Shown piece after piece: positions 1 to 10,267 of a stretch of DNA of 64,000 nucleotides (positions within the stretch are counted from its first letter, which is position 1; each line of letters opens with the position of its first letter). This DNA comes from Gammaproteobacteria bacterium. GTDB lineage: Bacteria > Pseudomonadota > Gammaproteobacteria > Tenderiales > Tenderiaceae. The notes beneath the pieces were generated by a model that ran no database searches, was not told where the DNA came from, and saw only the letters and a program-made list of their open reading frames with translations. The translations under genes were made by a program, and so were the position numbers. The stretch spans positions 2,503-66,502 of the forward strand of contig JAKFXL010000036.1 of assembly GCA_021731365.1 (NCBI GenBank). The letters run 5' to 3'.

Positions 1-40
1 AGCCGCCGCTGATCAACATCAAAACAGTGCTATTGTTCAT
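1..40 (-). CDS. 5' end of an unidentified gene that runs off the window start (N-term MNNSTVLMLISGG...)
   Basis: ATG at 38-40 on the minus strand, with an open frame leaving the window; no homology call possible from 13 codons. Confidence 0.2.
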   Translation of the reverse strand, partial: MNNSTVLMLISGG

Positions 41-66
41 CTCACCCCTTATTGCAAAGATAGATT

Positions 67-777
67 ATGAAATATTCTACCCCACTCCAGCGTGTCACCC
101 TGATCAAACGTTATAAGCGTTTTCTTGGCGATGTATTGCTGGAGGATGGCCGTGAAATGACCGTACATACCCCCAACACTGGCAGCATGTTGGGGTGTGC
201 CGAGCCAGGAAGCCATGTCTGGATTCGTGACTCCGGTAGCGAGACCCGAAAATATCGCCACAGCTGGGAGTTGAGTGAGCTGGCTTCGGGTACGTTGATT
301 GGAGTGAATACAGGGTTGGCCAACGCCCTGGTGGTGGAGGCGATTCGCAATGGCGTAGTGCCTGCACTCAGTGGTTATAGCGGATTGCGGACCGAGGTTG
401 CCTATGGTCAGGAGCGTAGCCGTATCGATATTCTGCTGGAGGGCAGTGGTCGACCCCCCTGTTATGTTGAGGTGAAAAATGTGACGGCGCGCCGTGGCGA
501 TCAGGCGATCTTCCCTGATGCAGTGACTGCACGGGGGACCAAACACCTGCGTGAACTGATGCAGGTGGTGGCGGATGGCGGGCGTGGGGTGATCTTTTTC
601 TGTGTGCAGCGGGAGGATGTCGAGGCCTTTCGTCCGGCCTATGAGATCGACCCTCTCTATGCCGAGACCTTAAAGCAGGCCGCCACTGCTGGGGTAGAGG
701 TGATGGCGTGGCGAGCCAACCTCACCCCTGAGGCGGTGGTGTTGCAGCAGCCGCTGCCGGCTCTGCTGGAGTGGTAG
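67..777 (+). CDS. sfsA: sugar fermentation stimulation protein SfsA
   Basis: 236 aa; N-terminus 'PLQRVTLIKRYKRFLGDV...HTPNTGSM' is typical of the SfsA family. Confidence 0.85.
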   Translation: MKYSTPLQRVTLIKRYKRFLGDVLLEDGREMTVHTPNTGSMLGCAEPGSHVWIRDSGSETRKYRHSWELSELASGTLIGVNTGLANALVVEAIRNGVVPALSGYSGLRTEVAYGQERSRIDILLEGSGRPPCYVEVKNVTARRGDQAIFPDAVTARGTKHLRELMQVVADGGRGVIFFCVQREDVEAFRPAYEIDPLYAETLKQAATAGVEVMAWRANLTPEAVVLQQPLPALLEW

Positions 778-1450
778 GTGGCTTTTTCTGTGTGCTTTTG
801 GAAAAGCTGATCTTTGCCGGGGCGATGGCACCGCCGGAGATGATAAATGTCATCGCCTCCTCCATGGTCCAGTCGGTGGAGATCAGGTTTTCCACCGGTA
901 CAATCTCCAGATAACCTGAGGTTGGGTTGGGGGTGGTCGGTACGTAGACCGCCGCCAGTTCCTGGCCAGTATGTTCATCAATCATGACCCGGGTGACAAA
1001 TCCGACTGTTTTCATATGAGGGGATGGAAACTCGATCAGCACCACGCGGTGTAGCTTCTCCGGCTTTTGCTGCAGGACAGTCAGTAGTTTTTTGGTGGAG
1101 CCGTAGATAGTCTGCAACAGGGGGATTTTGTTAATCAGGATATCGAGCCAGGAGAGTATCTTGACGCCAATCACACGGGTAGCAAACCATCCCAACAGAT
1201 AGAGCGCTGCTATGGTAATGACAACCGCCAGGGCGTGTTGAACCCAGGGGTGCAGCAGCCACTGGCTGAAATTCAGGCCGGGCAGATAGCGTTCTATGCC
1301 ATCAAACAGGGCTTGAACCCAGGGCAAACCGGCCTTGGAGAGCTGGCGAAATATAAAATCAAAGACCAGCCATGTGATCCAGATTGGTATAGCGGTGATG
1401 ACACCCGCGATCAGGTAGCGCTGCATATGGGGAAATTGAATCTTTTTCAA
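722..1450 (-). CDS. DUF502-family membrane protein
   Basis: 242 aa with N-terminal TM helices and a low-complexity Pro/Ala tail; the likely true start is the internal Met at 1426 (MQRYLIAGV...); 56-bp convergent overlap with sfsA. Confidence 0.6.
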   Translation of the reverse strand: MKKIQFPHMQRYLIAGVITAIPIWITWLVFDFIFRQLSKAGLPWVQALFDGIERYLPGLNFSQWLLHPWVQHALAVVITIAALYLLGWFATRVIGVKILSWLDILINKIPLLQTIYGSTKKLLTVLQQKPEKLHRVVLIEFPSPHMKTVGFVTRVMIDEHTGQELAAVYVPTTPNPTSGYLEIVPVENLISTDWTMEEAMTFIISGGAIAPAKISFSKSTQKKPPTTPAEPAAAAATPPPQG

Positions 1451-1532
1451 TTGGGTAAAAACCTATCTACTGTATGGGACAAAATCAAGGTAGAGACAGT
1501 TGGATCATCTCTTGGCAGGGTGGTGGTTAGGA

Positions 1533-1671
1533 TACCCGTTTTGGACGTGAAAATATATTGCTCCTGCGCCGTGCAGGCAGGTTGACGGCATTACCCTCCC
1601 GTTTCCACTGCTTGTATGGTGGGTGTTGCTGTACCGTATGAATAGGGGTGGGTTATACCCGTCCCGTTTCC
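1533..1671 (+). promoter_or_regulatory. three direct repeats of a ~15-nt motif (TACCCGTYYCGTTTCC-like) in the long mrp leader
   Basis: copies at 1533-1547, 1592-1606 and 1655-1671, spaced about 60 bp apart, inside the ~340-bp region upstream of mrpA. Confidence 0.35.
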
Positions 1672-1789
1672 TAATGCCGATGTTGGTCATGGGCGGTGGG
1701 GCGTTGGCGCTATCTGCCTAAGTGGCGCATCTAAATGGTGTTTCGGGTATACTGCAACCACGTTTCACGCTCGGTAGAACTAACTTTTC

Positions 1790-4591
1790 ATGAATCTGTT
1801 TTTTGCGGTACTTACCCCTTTTCTAGGTGCTGTGCTGGTGGCGTGGGCCTCCCGCTTTGGGCGATCTCATGCCGCCTGGGCGGCAGGCGGCGTGGCGTTG
1901 ACTGCGCTGGCCTGGTTGTCGCCGCTGCTGTCGCAGCCATTTGCTGGCACAACAGTGGTGCAGCGCCTTGAGTGGATGCCATCGGTGGGGCTTGATCTGG
2001 TCTTCCGCCTGGATGGGCTGGGGCTGCTGTTTGCCGGACTGATCCTGGGTATCGGCCTTCTGGTGATCCTCTATGCCCGTTACTACCTCTCGGAACGTGA
2101 CAGCATGGGGCGTCTTTACGCCTATCTGCTGCTCTTTATGGGTTCCATGCTGGGGGTGGTGCTCTCTGAAAACCTGATCCAGCTGCTGATTTTCTGGGAG
2201 CTGACCAGCCTCTCCTCATTTCTGTTAATTGCCTATTGGCGCGAGCGCGAGATGGCGCGCATGGGCGCACGTATGGCGCTGGCAATCACCGGTGCTGGTG
2301 GCTTGGCACTGCTGGGGGGGATCCTGCTGCTGGGCGAGATCACGGGCAGTTATGAACTGTCGGTGATTCTGGCATCGGGAGACCTTATTCGTGGCCATTC
2401 ACTCTATCTGCCTACACTAATATTGGTATTGCTGGGGGCGTTTACCAAGTCGGCTCAGTTCCCCTTCCATTTCTGGTTGCCTCATGCCATGGCGGCCCCC
2501 ACCCCGGTGTCGGCCTATCTGCATTCGGCGACGATGGTGAAGGCGGGGGTGTTTCTGCTGGCGCGTCTCTTTCCGGCGCTGTCGGGTACGCCAGAGTGGT
2601 CCTGGCTGGTGGGTGGGGCGGGACTGTGTACGCTGTTGCTGGGGGCGGTGGTTGCGCTGTTCAAACATGACTTGAAGGGGCTGCTGGCCTATTCCACTAT
2701 CAGCCATTTGGGGTTGATTACACTGCTGTTTGGCATTGCCACCCCGATGGCCGTGGTGGCTGGGGTATTCCACATTATCAATCACGCCATCTTTAAGGCA
2801 TCACTATTTATGGCCGCCGGCATTATCGACCATGAGACCGGTACCCGCGATATGCGTCGTATGCAGGGGCTTTGGCAGTTTATGCCGTTTACTGCGACGT
2901 TGGCCATGGTGGCGGCGGCGTCGATGGCGGGGGTGCCACTGTTTAACGGTTTCCTGTCGAAGGAGATGTTGTTTGTTGAGGCGAGTGAGATGGCGTCGCA
3001 GCAGAGTTTTGGCTGGCTGTTGCCGGTGACGGTGACGGTGGCGGGTATTTTTGCCGTGGCCTACTCATTACGCTTTATCCATGATGTCTTTTTTGGCGGC
3101 AAGCCGCTTGAGTTGCCCCGGACGCCCCATGAGCCACCGCGCTGGATGAAGGTGCCTGTGGAGGTGCTGGTACTGCTGTGTCTGGTGGTGGGGCTGTTTC
3201 CGGCACAGACGGTAGCGCCACTGCTGGCGGTGGCGGCGGCGAGCACGCTGCAGACGGCGTTGCCGGAGTATAACCTGGCGATTTGGCACGGTTTTAACCC
3301 GGCGTTGTGGATGAGTGTGACGGCCCTGGTGGGGGGGGTGTTGCTCTATCTTGTGCGCAGACCGTTCTCTCTTTTACATGACCGTTTTGAAGGCCAGCTG
3401 GATGCCCGCCGTCTCTACAACGCCCTGCTGCAGGGGTTAATGGTCATTGCCCGGCGGATAACCGCGCTGCTTGATGTTGGTTCATTGCAACGGATGGTCT
3501 TTGTATTTATTGGCTTTGCGCTGTTGCTGGGGTGGATGGGCTGGAGTGGTGATCGGTCAGTGCTGACTGGGTCACGGCCACTGTTGCCAGTGGATGCGAT
3601 GAGTCTGTTGGTGACCGCTGTGCTGACAGTGATCTCTGTTGCTGTTGTAATTTTGCATCGACAGCGGTTTACAGCCTTGGTTCTGGTAGGGTTTGTGGGG
3701 TTGGTGGTGTCGTTGATTTTTGTGAAGTTTTCTGCCCCGGATCTTGCCCTGACCCAACTGCTGGTTGAGGTGGTAACAGTGGTGCTGCTGCTACTGGCGC
3801 TCTATTTTCTGCCTCAGCACTCGCCTGTTGAGTCCCATCCGCTACGTCGGAGCCGGGATGGGCTGCTGGCCCTGTTGGTGGGGGGCGGTGTGGGTGCCCT
3901 GGCGTGGGCGGTATTGACCCGGCCCCACAGCAGCATCGGCGATTTTTTCCTGGCGAACAGCGTTTCGGGTGGCGGTGGGAGCAACGTGGTGAATGTGATT
4001 CTGGTCGATTTCCGCGGGTTTGATACGCTGGGCGAGATTACGGTACTGGCGTTGGCGGGGCTGGCGGTCTACGCCTTGCTGGAGAAGCTTCATATTAGTG
4101 GTCCATCCCAGAATGCCGATGGACGTGATTGGAACTGGGATCTGCATCCGGTCATTATGGCGTCATTCACCCGCCTGTTGCTGCCGCTGGCGCTGCTGGT
4201 CTCGGTGTTCATCCTGTTGCGCGGCCATAACTTGCCCGGCGGCGGTTTTATCGCCGGTCTGGTGACGGCAGTGGCGCTGATCATGCAGTATCTGGCCAAT
4301 GGTGTGGCCTGGACCCACTCCCGCTTGTCGGCCAACATGCATCCGGTGGTGGGGGTGGGGCTGCTTATTGCGACGTTGACTGGATTGGGCAGTTTTGTGT
4401 TTGGTTACCCCTTCCTCACCTCCACATTTGGGCATATGAAGTGGCCGCTGGTAGGTGATTTTGAGTTGGCATCGGCGATGGCCTTTGATCTGGGGGTCTA
4501 TCTGGTGGTGGTCGGGGCAACGTTGTTGATATTGATACACCTGGGTTTGATGCACGGTAAAGAGCCCGTTCGTGGCAAGGGAGGACACTGA
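1790..4591 (+). CDS. mrpA: Na+/H+ (monovalent cation/H+) antiporter subunit A, fused MrpA+MrpB (PhaAB-type)
   Basis: 933-aa polytopic protein with NuoL/MrpA-like motifs and a C-terminal MrpB-like extension; first gene of the mrpACDEFG operon. Confidence 0.85.
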   Translation: MNLFFAVLTPFLGAVLVAWASRFGRSHAAWAAGGVALTALAWLSPLLSQPFAGTTVVQRLEWMPSVGLDLVFRLDGLGLLFAGLILGIGLLVILYARYYLSERDSMGRLYAYLLLFMGSMLGVVLSENLIQLLIFWELTSLSSFLLIAYWREREMARMGARMALAITGAGGLALLGGILLLGEITGSYELSVILASGDLIRGHSLYLPTLILVLLGAFTKSAQFPFHFWLPHAMAAPTPVSAYLHSATMVKAGVFLLARLFPALSGTPEWSWLVGGAGLCTLLLGAVVALFKHDLKGLLAYSTISHLGLITLLFGIATPMAVVAGVFHIINHAIFKASLFMAAGIIDHETGTRDMRRMQGLWQFMPFTATLAMVAAASMAGVPLFNGFLSKEMLFVEASEMASQQSFGWLLPVTVTVAGIFAVAYSLRFIHDVFFGGKPLELPRTPHEPPRWMKVPVEVLVLLCLVVGLFPAQTVAPLLAVAAASTLQTALPEYNLAIWHGFNPALWMSVTALVGGVLLYLVRRPFSLLHDRFEGQLDARRLYNALLQGLMVIARRITALLDVGSLQRMVFVFIGFALLLGWMGWSGDRSVLTGSRPLLPVDAMSLLVTAVLTVISVAVVILHRQRFTALVLVGFVGLVVSLIFVKFSAPDLALTQLLVEVVTVVLLLLALYFLPQHSPVESHPLRRSRDGLLALLVGGGVGALAWAVLTRPHSSIGDFFLANSVSGGGGSNVVNVILVDFRGFDTLGEITVLALAGLAVYALLEKLHISGPSQNADGRDWNWDLHPVIMASFTRLLLPLALLVSVFILLRGHNLPGGGFIAGLVTAVALIMQYLANGVAWTHSRLSANMHPVVGVGLLIATLTGLGSFVFGYPFLTSTFGHMKWPLVGDFELASAMAFDLGVYLVVVGATLLILIHLGLMHGKEPVRGKGGH

Positions 4592-4914
4592 TGGAAGCGC
4601 TGCTTGCCTTTGTGATTGGTCTGCTTACCGCCTGCGGGGTTTATCTTGCGTTACGTGGGCGTACCTTCCCGGTGGTGCTGGGGCTGACCTTTATCTCTTA
4701 TGCGGTCAATCTGTTCCTGTTCAGCATGGGGCGGCTCAGCATTGGCCAGCCGCCGGTGATCAGTGTTAGCGCTAACGCCTATGCTGATCCAGTGCCTCAA
4801 GCCCTGGTGCTGACCGCTATTGTTATCGGCTTTGCCATGACCGCCTTTGTTATCGTGCTGGCATTAAAAGCGCGGGCGGATCTGGGCAACGACCATGTAG
4901 ATGGACAGAATTAA
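4591..4914 (+). CDS. mrpC: cation/H+ antiporter subunit C
   Basis: 107-aa NuoK-like membrane protein; its ATG overlaps the mrpA stop. Confidence 0.8.
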   Translation: MEALLAFVIGLLTACGVYLALRGRTFPVVLGLTFISYAVNLFLFSMGRLSIGQPPVISVSANAYADPVPQALVLTAIVIGFAMTAFVIVLALKARADLGNDHVDGQN

Positions 4915-4917
4915 ACA

Positions 4918-6429
4918 ATGAACCACCTTGTTATTGCACCCCTGTTATTGCCCTTGCTGGTTGGTATTGTGTTGATACTGACCCAGCGTATGGATATCCG
5001 CCTGCACCGGCTGTTGAGTGTGGTGGCGGTGCTTGCCCAGATTGGTCTGGCACTGCTTCTGACCCGAGTGGTGAGTGGTGGCGATATCCTGGTTTACAAT
5101 CTGGGTAACTGGTCTGGCCCTTTTGGTATCGTGCTGGTGGCCGATGGATTGGCAGTCTGGATGTTGCTGATTACCGCACTGCTGGCGCTGTTTGCGTTGC
5201 TATACGCCTGTCAGGGCGGTGATGTTAACGGACGCCATTTTCATGCCCTGTTCCAGCTGCAGCTGCTGGGTCTGAACGGTGCGTTTCTTACTGGTGATCT
5301 GTTTAACCTGTTTGTCTTTTTCGAAGTGCTGTTGTTGGCGTCTTACGGTCTGATTTTGCATGGTGGAGGGCGTGCGCGGGTGCGGGCGGGGCTGCATTAT
5401 GTGGTGCTCAATCTGGCAGGTTCGGCGCTGTTTCTGATTGCGGTGGGTACACTCTACGGCGTGTTTGGCACACTCAACATGGCTGATCTGGCACTGAAGG
5501 TGGCGGCTACGCCGGAGCAGGATCTGGGGCTGGCAAAGGCCGCCGGTCTGCTGCTGTTTGCGGTGTTTGCCCTGAAGGCGGCATTGTTGCCGCTCTATCT
5601 CTGGCTGCCTGCCGCCTACGCCCATACCAGTGCCCCGGTGGCAGCCCTGTTTGCCATCATGACCAAGGTGGGGGTCTACAGCATTATCCGGGTCTATAGC
5701 CTCATTTTTGGCGCTGATGCCGGCCCCGCCGCAAACCTGATCGAGCCATGGCTGTTACCTTTGGCGATGATGACGCTATTGGTTGGGATGCTGGGGGCAT
5801 TGGCAGCCACCGGTTTACGGCAGCAGGCGGCCTATCTGGTGGTTGCTTCGGTGGGGTCGTTGTTGACGGCATTTGGCCTGAATAATCCTGAAGGTATTGC
5901 GGCGGCGCTGTATTACCTGCCACATTCAACCTTTGCCGCTGCGGCGCTGTTTTTGTTGACGGATGTGATGGCTAACCGGCGTGGTGAGGTGGGTGACCGT
6001 TTTGAGCCGGCCCCGGCTATTGCCCATGCCCCACTATTAGGCGGGCTATTTTTTGTGGCGGTGCTGTTAACTATTGGTTTGCCACCACTCTCCGGTTTTA
6101 TTGGGAAGTTTCTACTGTTGCGTGCCTCAATGGAGCATGTGGCGGTTGTCTGGGTGATGGCGATAGTGTTGTCGGGCGGTTTGATGGGGATGATCGCCAT
6201 GGCGCGGAGTGGCAGCCTGCTCTTTTTCCGCACCCTGCCGCTGGGGGGGGCAGCCCGGCCTGTGGCTCCAGCCGTGGTGCCCGTATTGGTTCCAGTGGTT
6301 GGTTTGTTGATGCTGGGGATTGCCATGACCCTGTTTGCCGGGCCAATACATCTGTATGTCTCCGCCATCGCGGAGCAGCTGTTGCGGCCTGATCTCTACA
6401 TTTATGCTGTTTTGGGGGAGCATTTATGA
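4918..6429 (+). CDS. mrpD: cation/H+ antiporter subunit D
   Basis: 503 aa, NuoN/MrpD-like. Confidence 0.8.
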   Translation: MNHLVIAPLLLPLLVGIVLILTQRMDIRLHRLLSVVAVLAQIGLALLLTRVVSGGDILVYNLGNWSGPFGIVLVADGLAVWMLLITALLALFALLYACQGGDVNGRHFHALFQLQLLGLNGAFLTGDLFNLFVFFEVLLLASYGLILHGGGRARVRAGLHYVVLNLAGSALFLIAVGTLYGVFGTLNMADLALKVAATPEQDLGLAKAAGLLLFAVFALKAALLPLYLWLPAAYAHTSAPVAALFAIMTKVGVYSIIRVYSLIFGADAGPAANLIEPWLLPLAMMTLLVGMLGALAATGLRQQAAYLVVASVGSLLTAFGLNNPEGIAAALYYLPHSTFAAAALFLLTDVMANRRGEVGDRFEPAPAIAHAPLLGGLFFVAVLLTIGLPPLSGFIGKFLLLRASMEHVAVVWVMAIVLSGGLMGMIAMARSGSLLFFRTLPLGGAARPVAPAVVPVLVPVVGLLMLGIAMTLFAGPIHLYVSAIAEQLLRPDLYIYAVLGEHL

Positions 6430-6920
6430 GACATCGTCTACTGCCTCATCCACTCCTGACACTGGTGTTGGTGGGTATCTGGCTGTTGCTCAACAATACC
6501 TTTGCCCCAGGTCATGTTGTGTTGGGCCTGATTCTGGGCTGGGCGATTCCGATGTTTACCGTGCGCTTCTGGCCGGAGCGGGTGAGTATCAACAGACCAC
6601 TGCTTCTGCTGCGTTTTATTGCCGTGGTGCTGTGGGATATTGTGGTGGCTAATCTAGCGGTAGCGTGGCTGATTGTGGGGCGACCACAATCGTTGCGTCC
6701 GGCTTTCCTGGCGGTACCGCTGGTGCTGAAAAGCGACCTTGCTATCGGCCTGCTGGCCAATACTATCTGCCTCACACCGGGCACGGTGTCGGCACAGTTG
6801 AGTGAGGATCGGCGTTTTCTGCTGGTACATGCCCTGGACGCGGCGGATGGTGATGCTGTGATCGCCGAAATTAAACGGCGTTATGAGCAGCCCCTGAAAG
6901 AGGTGTTTGAATCATGCTGA
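6426..6920 (+). CDS. mrpE: cation/H+ antiporter subunit E
   Basis: 164 aa, overlapping start/stop with neighbours, MnhE-like. Confidence 0.7.
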   Translation: MRHRLLPHPLLTLVLVGIWLLLNNTFAPGHVVLGLILGWAIPMFTVRFWPERVSINRPLLLLRFIAVVLWDIVVANLAVAWLIVGRPQSLRPAFLAVPLVLKSDLAIGLLANTICLTPGTVSAQLSEDRRFLLVHALDAADGDAVIAEIKRRYEQPLKEVFESC

Positions 6921-7183
6921 CAGTGGCACTCTCCATTGCCTTTGTATTGGTGGGCGCTGCCGTGGTGCTGAGTGCGTGGCGTCTGTTGCGTGGCCCCAGT
7001 GCGCCGGACCGCATTCTGGCACTGGACACGCTCTATATAAACGCCATCGCCCTATTGGTGTTGCTGGGGATTCATCTGGGTAGTGCGCTCTACTTTGAGG
7101 CGGCATTGCTGATTGCCATGATGGGGTTTGTGGGGACGGTGGCACTCTGTAAATATCTGTTGCGCGGCGACATCATCGAATAG
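6914..7183 (+). CDS. mrpF: cation/H+ antiporter subunit F
   Basis: 89-aa small membrane protein in operon position. Confidence 0.7.
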   Translation: MLTVALSIAFVLVGAAVVLSAWRLLRGPSAPDRILALDTLYINAIALLVLLGIHLGSALYFEAALLIAMMGFVGTVALCKYLLRGDIIE

Positions 7184-7193
7184 GGGCGGATTT

Positions 7194-7517
7194 ATGTTGG
7201 AATATCTATTGTCATTTCTGATCCTGGCCGGGGCGCTGTTTACCTTTGTGGGTTCTTTAGGGTTGGCACGGTTACGTGATTTTTATACCCGTCTGCATGG
7301 TCCTACCAAGGCGAGTACCCTGGGTGTTGGTTGTCTGTTAATTGCCTCGGCGCTCTTTTTTAGCACGCGGAGTGAGGGCATAAGCCTGCATGAGGTACTG
7401 GTAACACTGTTTCTGTTTATCACCGCGCCGATATCGGCCCATCTGTTGGCAAAAGCGGCGCTGCACCTGGGATTGACCTCTTTGGCACCGCCACCGGAAG
7501 ATAAACCCCGCCGCTAG
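7194..7517 (+). CDS. mrpG: cation/H+ antiporter subunit G
   Basis: internal ATG of ORF 7128-7517 (MLEYLLSFLILAGALFTFVGSLGLARL...), MnhG-like. Confidence 0.7.
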   Translation: MLEYLLSFLILAGALFTFVGSLGLARLRDFYTRLHGPTKASTLGVGCLLIASALFFSTRSEGISLHEVLVTLFLFITAPISAHLLAKAALHLGLTSLAPPPEDKPRR

Positions 7518-7594
7518 TTTTGTGGTTCGGGCCGGGTGGTTCCGGCAATTGTCTGGCGGCTGTTTTGCCACTTGGCCATACCCTACGCCCCTAG

Positions 7595-7602
7595 TGTAAA
7601 AT
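7595..7602 (+). promoter_or_regulatory. candidate extended -10 (TGTAAAAT) for cysC
   Basis: TGnTAAAAT about 45 bp upstream of the cysC ATG; the -35 is weak. Confidence 0.25.
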
Positions 7603-7646
7603 GGCATTCTAAATAAATCAGCAGTACTTAATGGAAGGGAACAGTT

Positions 7647-8258
7647 ATGACGACGGTGGCAACAAATATCCATTGGCACGCAGGGGTAGTGGGACGCCAG
7701 GAGCGTCAAAAACTCAATGGCCATCGCAGCGCCATTCTCTGGTTCACGGGCCTTTCAGGTGCCGGTAAATCGACCCTGGCCAATGCCGTTGAAGAGACGC
7801 TTTACCAGCTAGGTCACCGTACATTTGTACTGGATGGTGACAATGTACGCCACGGTTTGTGCAAAGATCTGGGGTTTTCTGACCAGGATCGCACCGAAAA
7901 TATCCGCCGTATTGGTGAAGTGGCCAAACTGTTTGTTGATGGCGGCGTGCTGGCGCTGACAGCGTTTATCTCGCCGTTCCGCTCTGACCGCGACACTGTG
8001 CGTGCATTGATGGCTGAGGGCGACTTTATTGAGATCTATTGCCAGTGTGACCTGTCGGTATGTGAAGAGCGTGATGTGAAGGGGCTGTATAAAAAGGCCC
8101 GTGCCGGTGAGATTCCACACTTCACCGGTATCTCCTCACCGTATGAGGAGCCATTGAACGCTGAGATTGTTGTTAATACTGCCGCGCAGCCGATTGAAGT
8201 AAGTGTGGCCCAGGTGATCGACGCACTGCGGGCGCGGAACGTTATTCCGGCCCTTTAA
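7647..8258 (+). CDS. cysC: adenylyl-sulfate (APS) kinase
   Basis: 203 aa; P-loop 'GLSGAGKST', standalone APS kinase. Confidence 0.9.
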   Translation: MTTVATNIHWHAGVVGRQERQKLNGHRSAILWFTGLSGAGKSTLANAVEETLYQLGHRTFVLDGDNVRHGLCKDLGFSDQDRTENIRRIGEVAKLFVDGGVLALTAFISPFRSDRDTVRALMAEGDFIEIYCQCDLSVCEERDVKGLYKKARAGEIPHFTGISSPYEEPLNAEIVVNTAAQPIEVSVAQVIDALRARNVIPAL

Positions 8259-8265
8259 TACGTCT

Positions 8266-8300
8266 GGCAGACCTGATGGTGCGTTGGGTCTGCCCTATTA
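8266..8300 (+). terminator. hairpin downstream of cysC
   Basis: GGCAGACC...GGGTCTGCC 8-bp stem followed by an A/T-rich tract. Confidence 0.4.
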
Positions 8301-8330
8301 TAAAAAAGAATATAAAAAGAACCCTTATAT

Positions 8331-9347
8331 ATGTACGGTCTTTACCCACTGATCAGACCTTTAGTCTTCTGCCTTGATGCGGAGAGTGCCCACCATTTGA
8401 CCCTCTGCGCACTTAAAAAGGCCCATAAAATAGGGCTGTTAAAAGAGGCTGCGGTCGCCACAGGTAAGGGTGTTGAAGTGATGGGCCTCCACTTTCCATC
8501 CGTGGTGGGTCTGGCCGCCGGATTGGATAAAAACGGTGACTTTATCGATGCGTTGGGTGCGCTCGGTTTTGGTTTTATCGAGGTAGGTACCGTCACGCCG
8601 CGTCCCCAGCCGGGCAACCCCAAGCCGCGCCTGTTTCGGATTCCTGAGGCACAAGCGATCATCAACCGCATGGGGTTTAATAATCTTGGTGTTGATCATC
8701 TGATCGATCAGGTAAACAGCAGCCGTTACCGAGGCATTATCGGTATCAACATCGGCAAAAACTTTGATACGCCGATTGAACGGGCGGTGGATGACTATCT
8801 GATCGGACTGGATAAGGTCTTTCCCTTTGCCAGTTATGTGACCGTCAATATCTCCTCTCCCAATACCGCCAATCTGCGCGATCTACAATCCAGGGATCAG
8901 CTGGCAGCGCTGTTGGGCCCCTTAAAAGAGCGGCAACAGCAGTTACAACAGCAGCATCAGCGCACTGTGCCGCTGGTATTGAAAATTGCACCGGACATGG
9001 ATGAAGAGACCTTGGCAGCCCTGGCGGAGACGTTGCTGGTGCACGAGATTGACGGTGTGATCGCTACCAATACCACGCTCTCACGTCAGGGGGTGGAGCA
9101 TAGCCGCCACGGCAATGAGCAAGGCGGGCTGAGCGGTGCACCGTTGACCCAACGCTCCACCGCCGTTGTGAAGGCGCTTTATCAACAGCTGGGCGATAAG
9201 ATACCGATCATTGCGGCAGGTGGCATTGTCTCCGCCGACGATGCCCAGGCCAAACTGGACGCCGGTGCCAAACTGGTGCAGGTCTATAGTGGGTTAATAT
9301 ATAGAGGCCCGCAGCTAGTACAGGAGATTGTCAGGCGTTGCCAATGA
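8331..9347 (+). CDS. pyrD: dihydroorotate dehydrogenase (quinone)
   Basis: 338 aa, class 2 DHODH motifs ([12 protein letters not shown]..., NRMGFNN). Confidence 0.9.
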   Translation: MYGLYPLIRPLVFCLDAESAHHLTLCALKKAHKIGLLKEAAVATGKGVEVMGLHFPSVVGLAAGLDKNGDFIDALGALGFGFIEVGTVTPRPQPGNPKPRLFRIPEAQAIINRMGFNNLGVDHLIDQVNSSRYRGIIGINIGKNFDTPIERAVDDYLIGLDKVFPFASYVTVNISSPNTANLRDLQSRDQLAALLGPLKERQQQLQQQHQRTVPLVLKIAPDMDEETLAALAETLLVHEIDGVIATNTTLSRQGVEHSRHGNEQGGLSGAPLTQRSTAVVKALYQQLGDKIPIIAAGGIVSADDAQAKLDAGAKLVQVYSGLIYRGPQLVQEIVRRCQ

Positions 9348-10267
9348 TTCCCGCTATTCAGATCGATAACGTACATAAACATTACGGTAAGGTGCACGCC
9401 CTCAGGGGCATGTCGCTGACCATTCAGCAGGGCGAGTTTTTTGGCCTGCTGGGACCTAATGGTGCTGGTAAATCAACGCTGATCAACATCATCGCCGGGT
9501 TAACCCGCAAAAACAGTGGCAACGTGACCGTGATGGGGCACGATGTGGTCAAGGCCTACCGACAGTCGCGTTATTCACTGGGAGTGGTGCCACAGGAGCT
9601 GGTCTACGACCCCTTTTTTAACGTGCGCGAATTGCTGCAGATTCAGGCGGGCTACTTTGGCAAAGGAAAGGAGATCAACCCCTGGATAGATGAGCTGCTG
9701 GAGGGACTCAAACTGACCGATAAGGCAGACGTCAACATGCAGGCACTTTCCGGTGGCATGAAACGCCGGGTATTGATTGCCCAGGCGTTGGTACACAAAC
9801 CCCCCGTTGTCATCCTGGACGAGCCAACTGCAGGTGTTGATGTCGAACTGCGTAACTCACTCTGGCAGTTTGTACAGGGGCTGCACCGCGAGGGACATAC
9901 CATCGTGCTCACCACCCATTATCTCGAAGAGGCGGAAAATCTCTGTGAACGTATCGCCATTATTAATGATGGTGCCGTCGTGGCGCTGGATACAAAAGAG
10001 GCATTGCTGGAGCGTGGCGTGGGCAAAACATGCAAAGTGGTGATCACGCTGGCAAAACCATTGGAGCAGATTCCGGTTGCGTTGCAGCCGATGCTGAAAA
10101 CACATGAACAAAATCGAATCGAATTTACCTTGCAGCGTGGCAGTGACTCGATTATGGCGCTGATTAATACCCTGGTATCGGCGGGGGCGGAGATCAGCGA
10201 TATTAAAACCGAAGATGCCGATCTCGAAGATGTCTTTATTGAACTCACCCGGGCGGTAAACCAGTGA
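9338..10267 (+). CDS. ABC transporter ATP-binding protein (ABC-2 exporter type)
   Basis: Walker A 'GPNGAGKST', signature 'LSGGMKRR', Walker B 'ILDEPT'. Confidence 0.85.
   Translation: MPMIPAIQIDNVHKHYGKVHALRGMSLTIQQGEFFGLLGPNGAGKSTLINIIAGLTRKNSGNVTVMGHDVVKAYRQSRYSLGVVPQELVYDPFFNVRELLQIQAGYFGKGKEINPWIDELLEGLKLTDKADVNMQALSGGMKRRVLIAQALVHKPPVVILDEPTAGVDVELRNSLWQFVQGLHREGHTIVLTTHYLEEAENLCERIAIINDGAVVALDTKEALLERGVGKTCKVVITLAKPLEQIPVALQPMLKTHEQNRIEFTLQRGSDSIMALINTLVSAGAEISDIKTEDADLEDVFIELTRAVNQ

Noticed and set aside
49-546. 165-aa minus-strand ORF overlapping sfsA
   Set aside because: Antisense to a well-supported sfsA.
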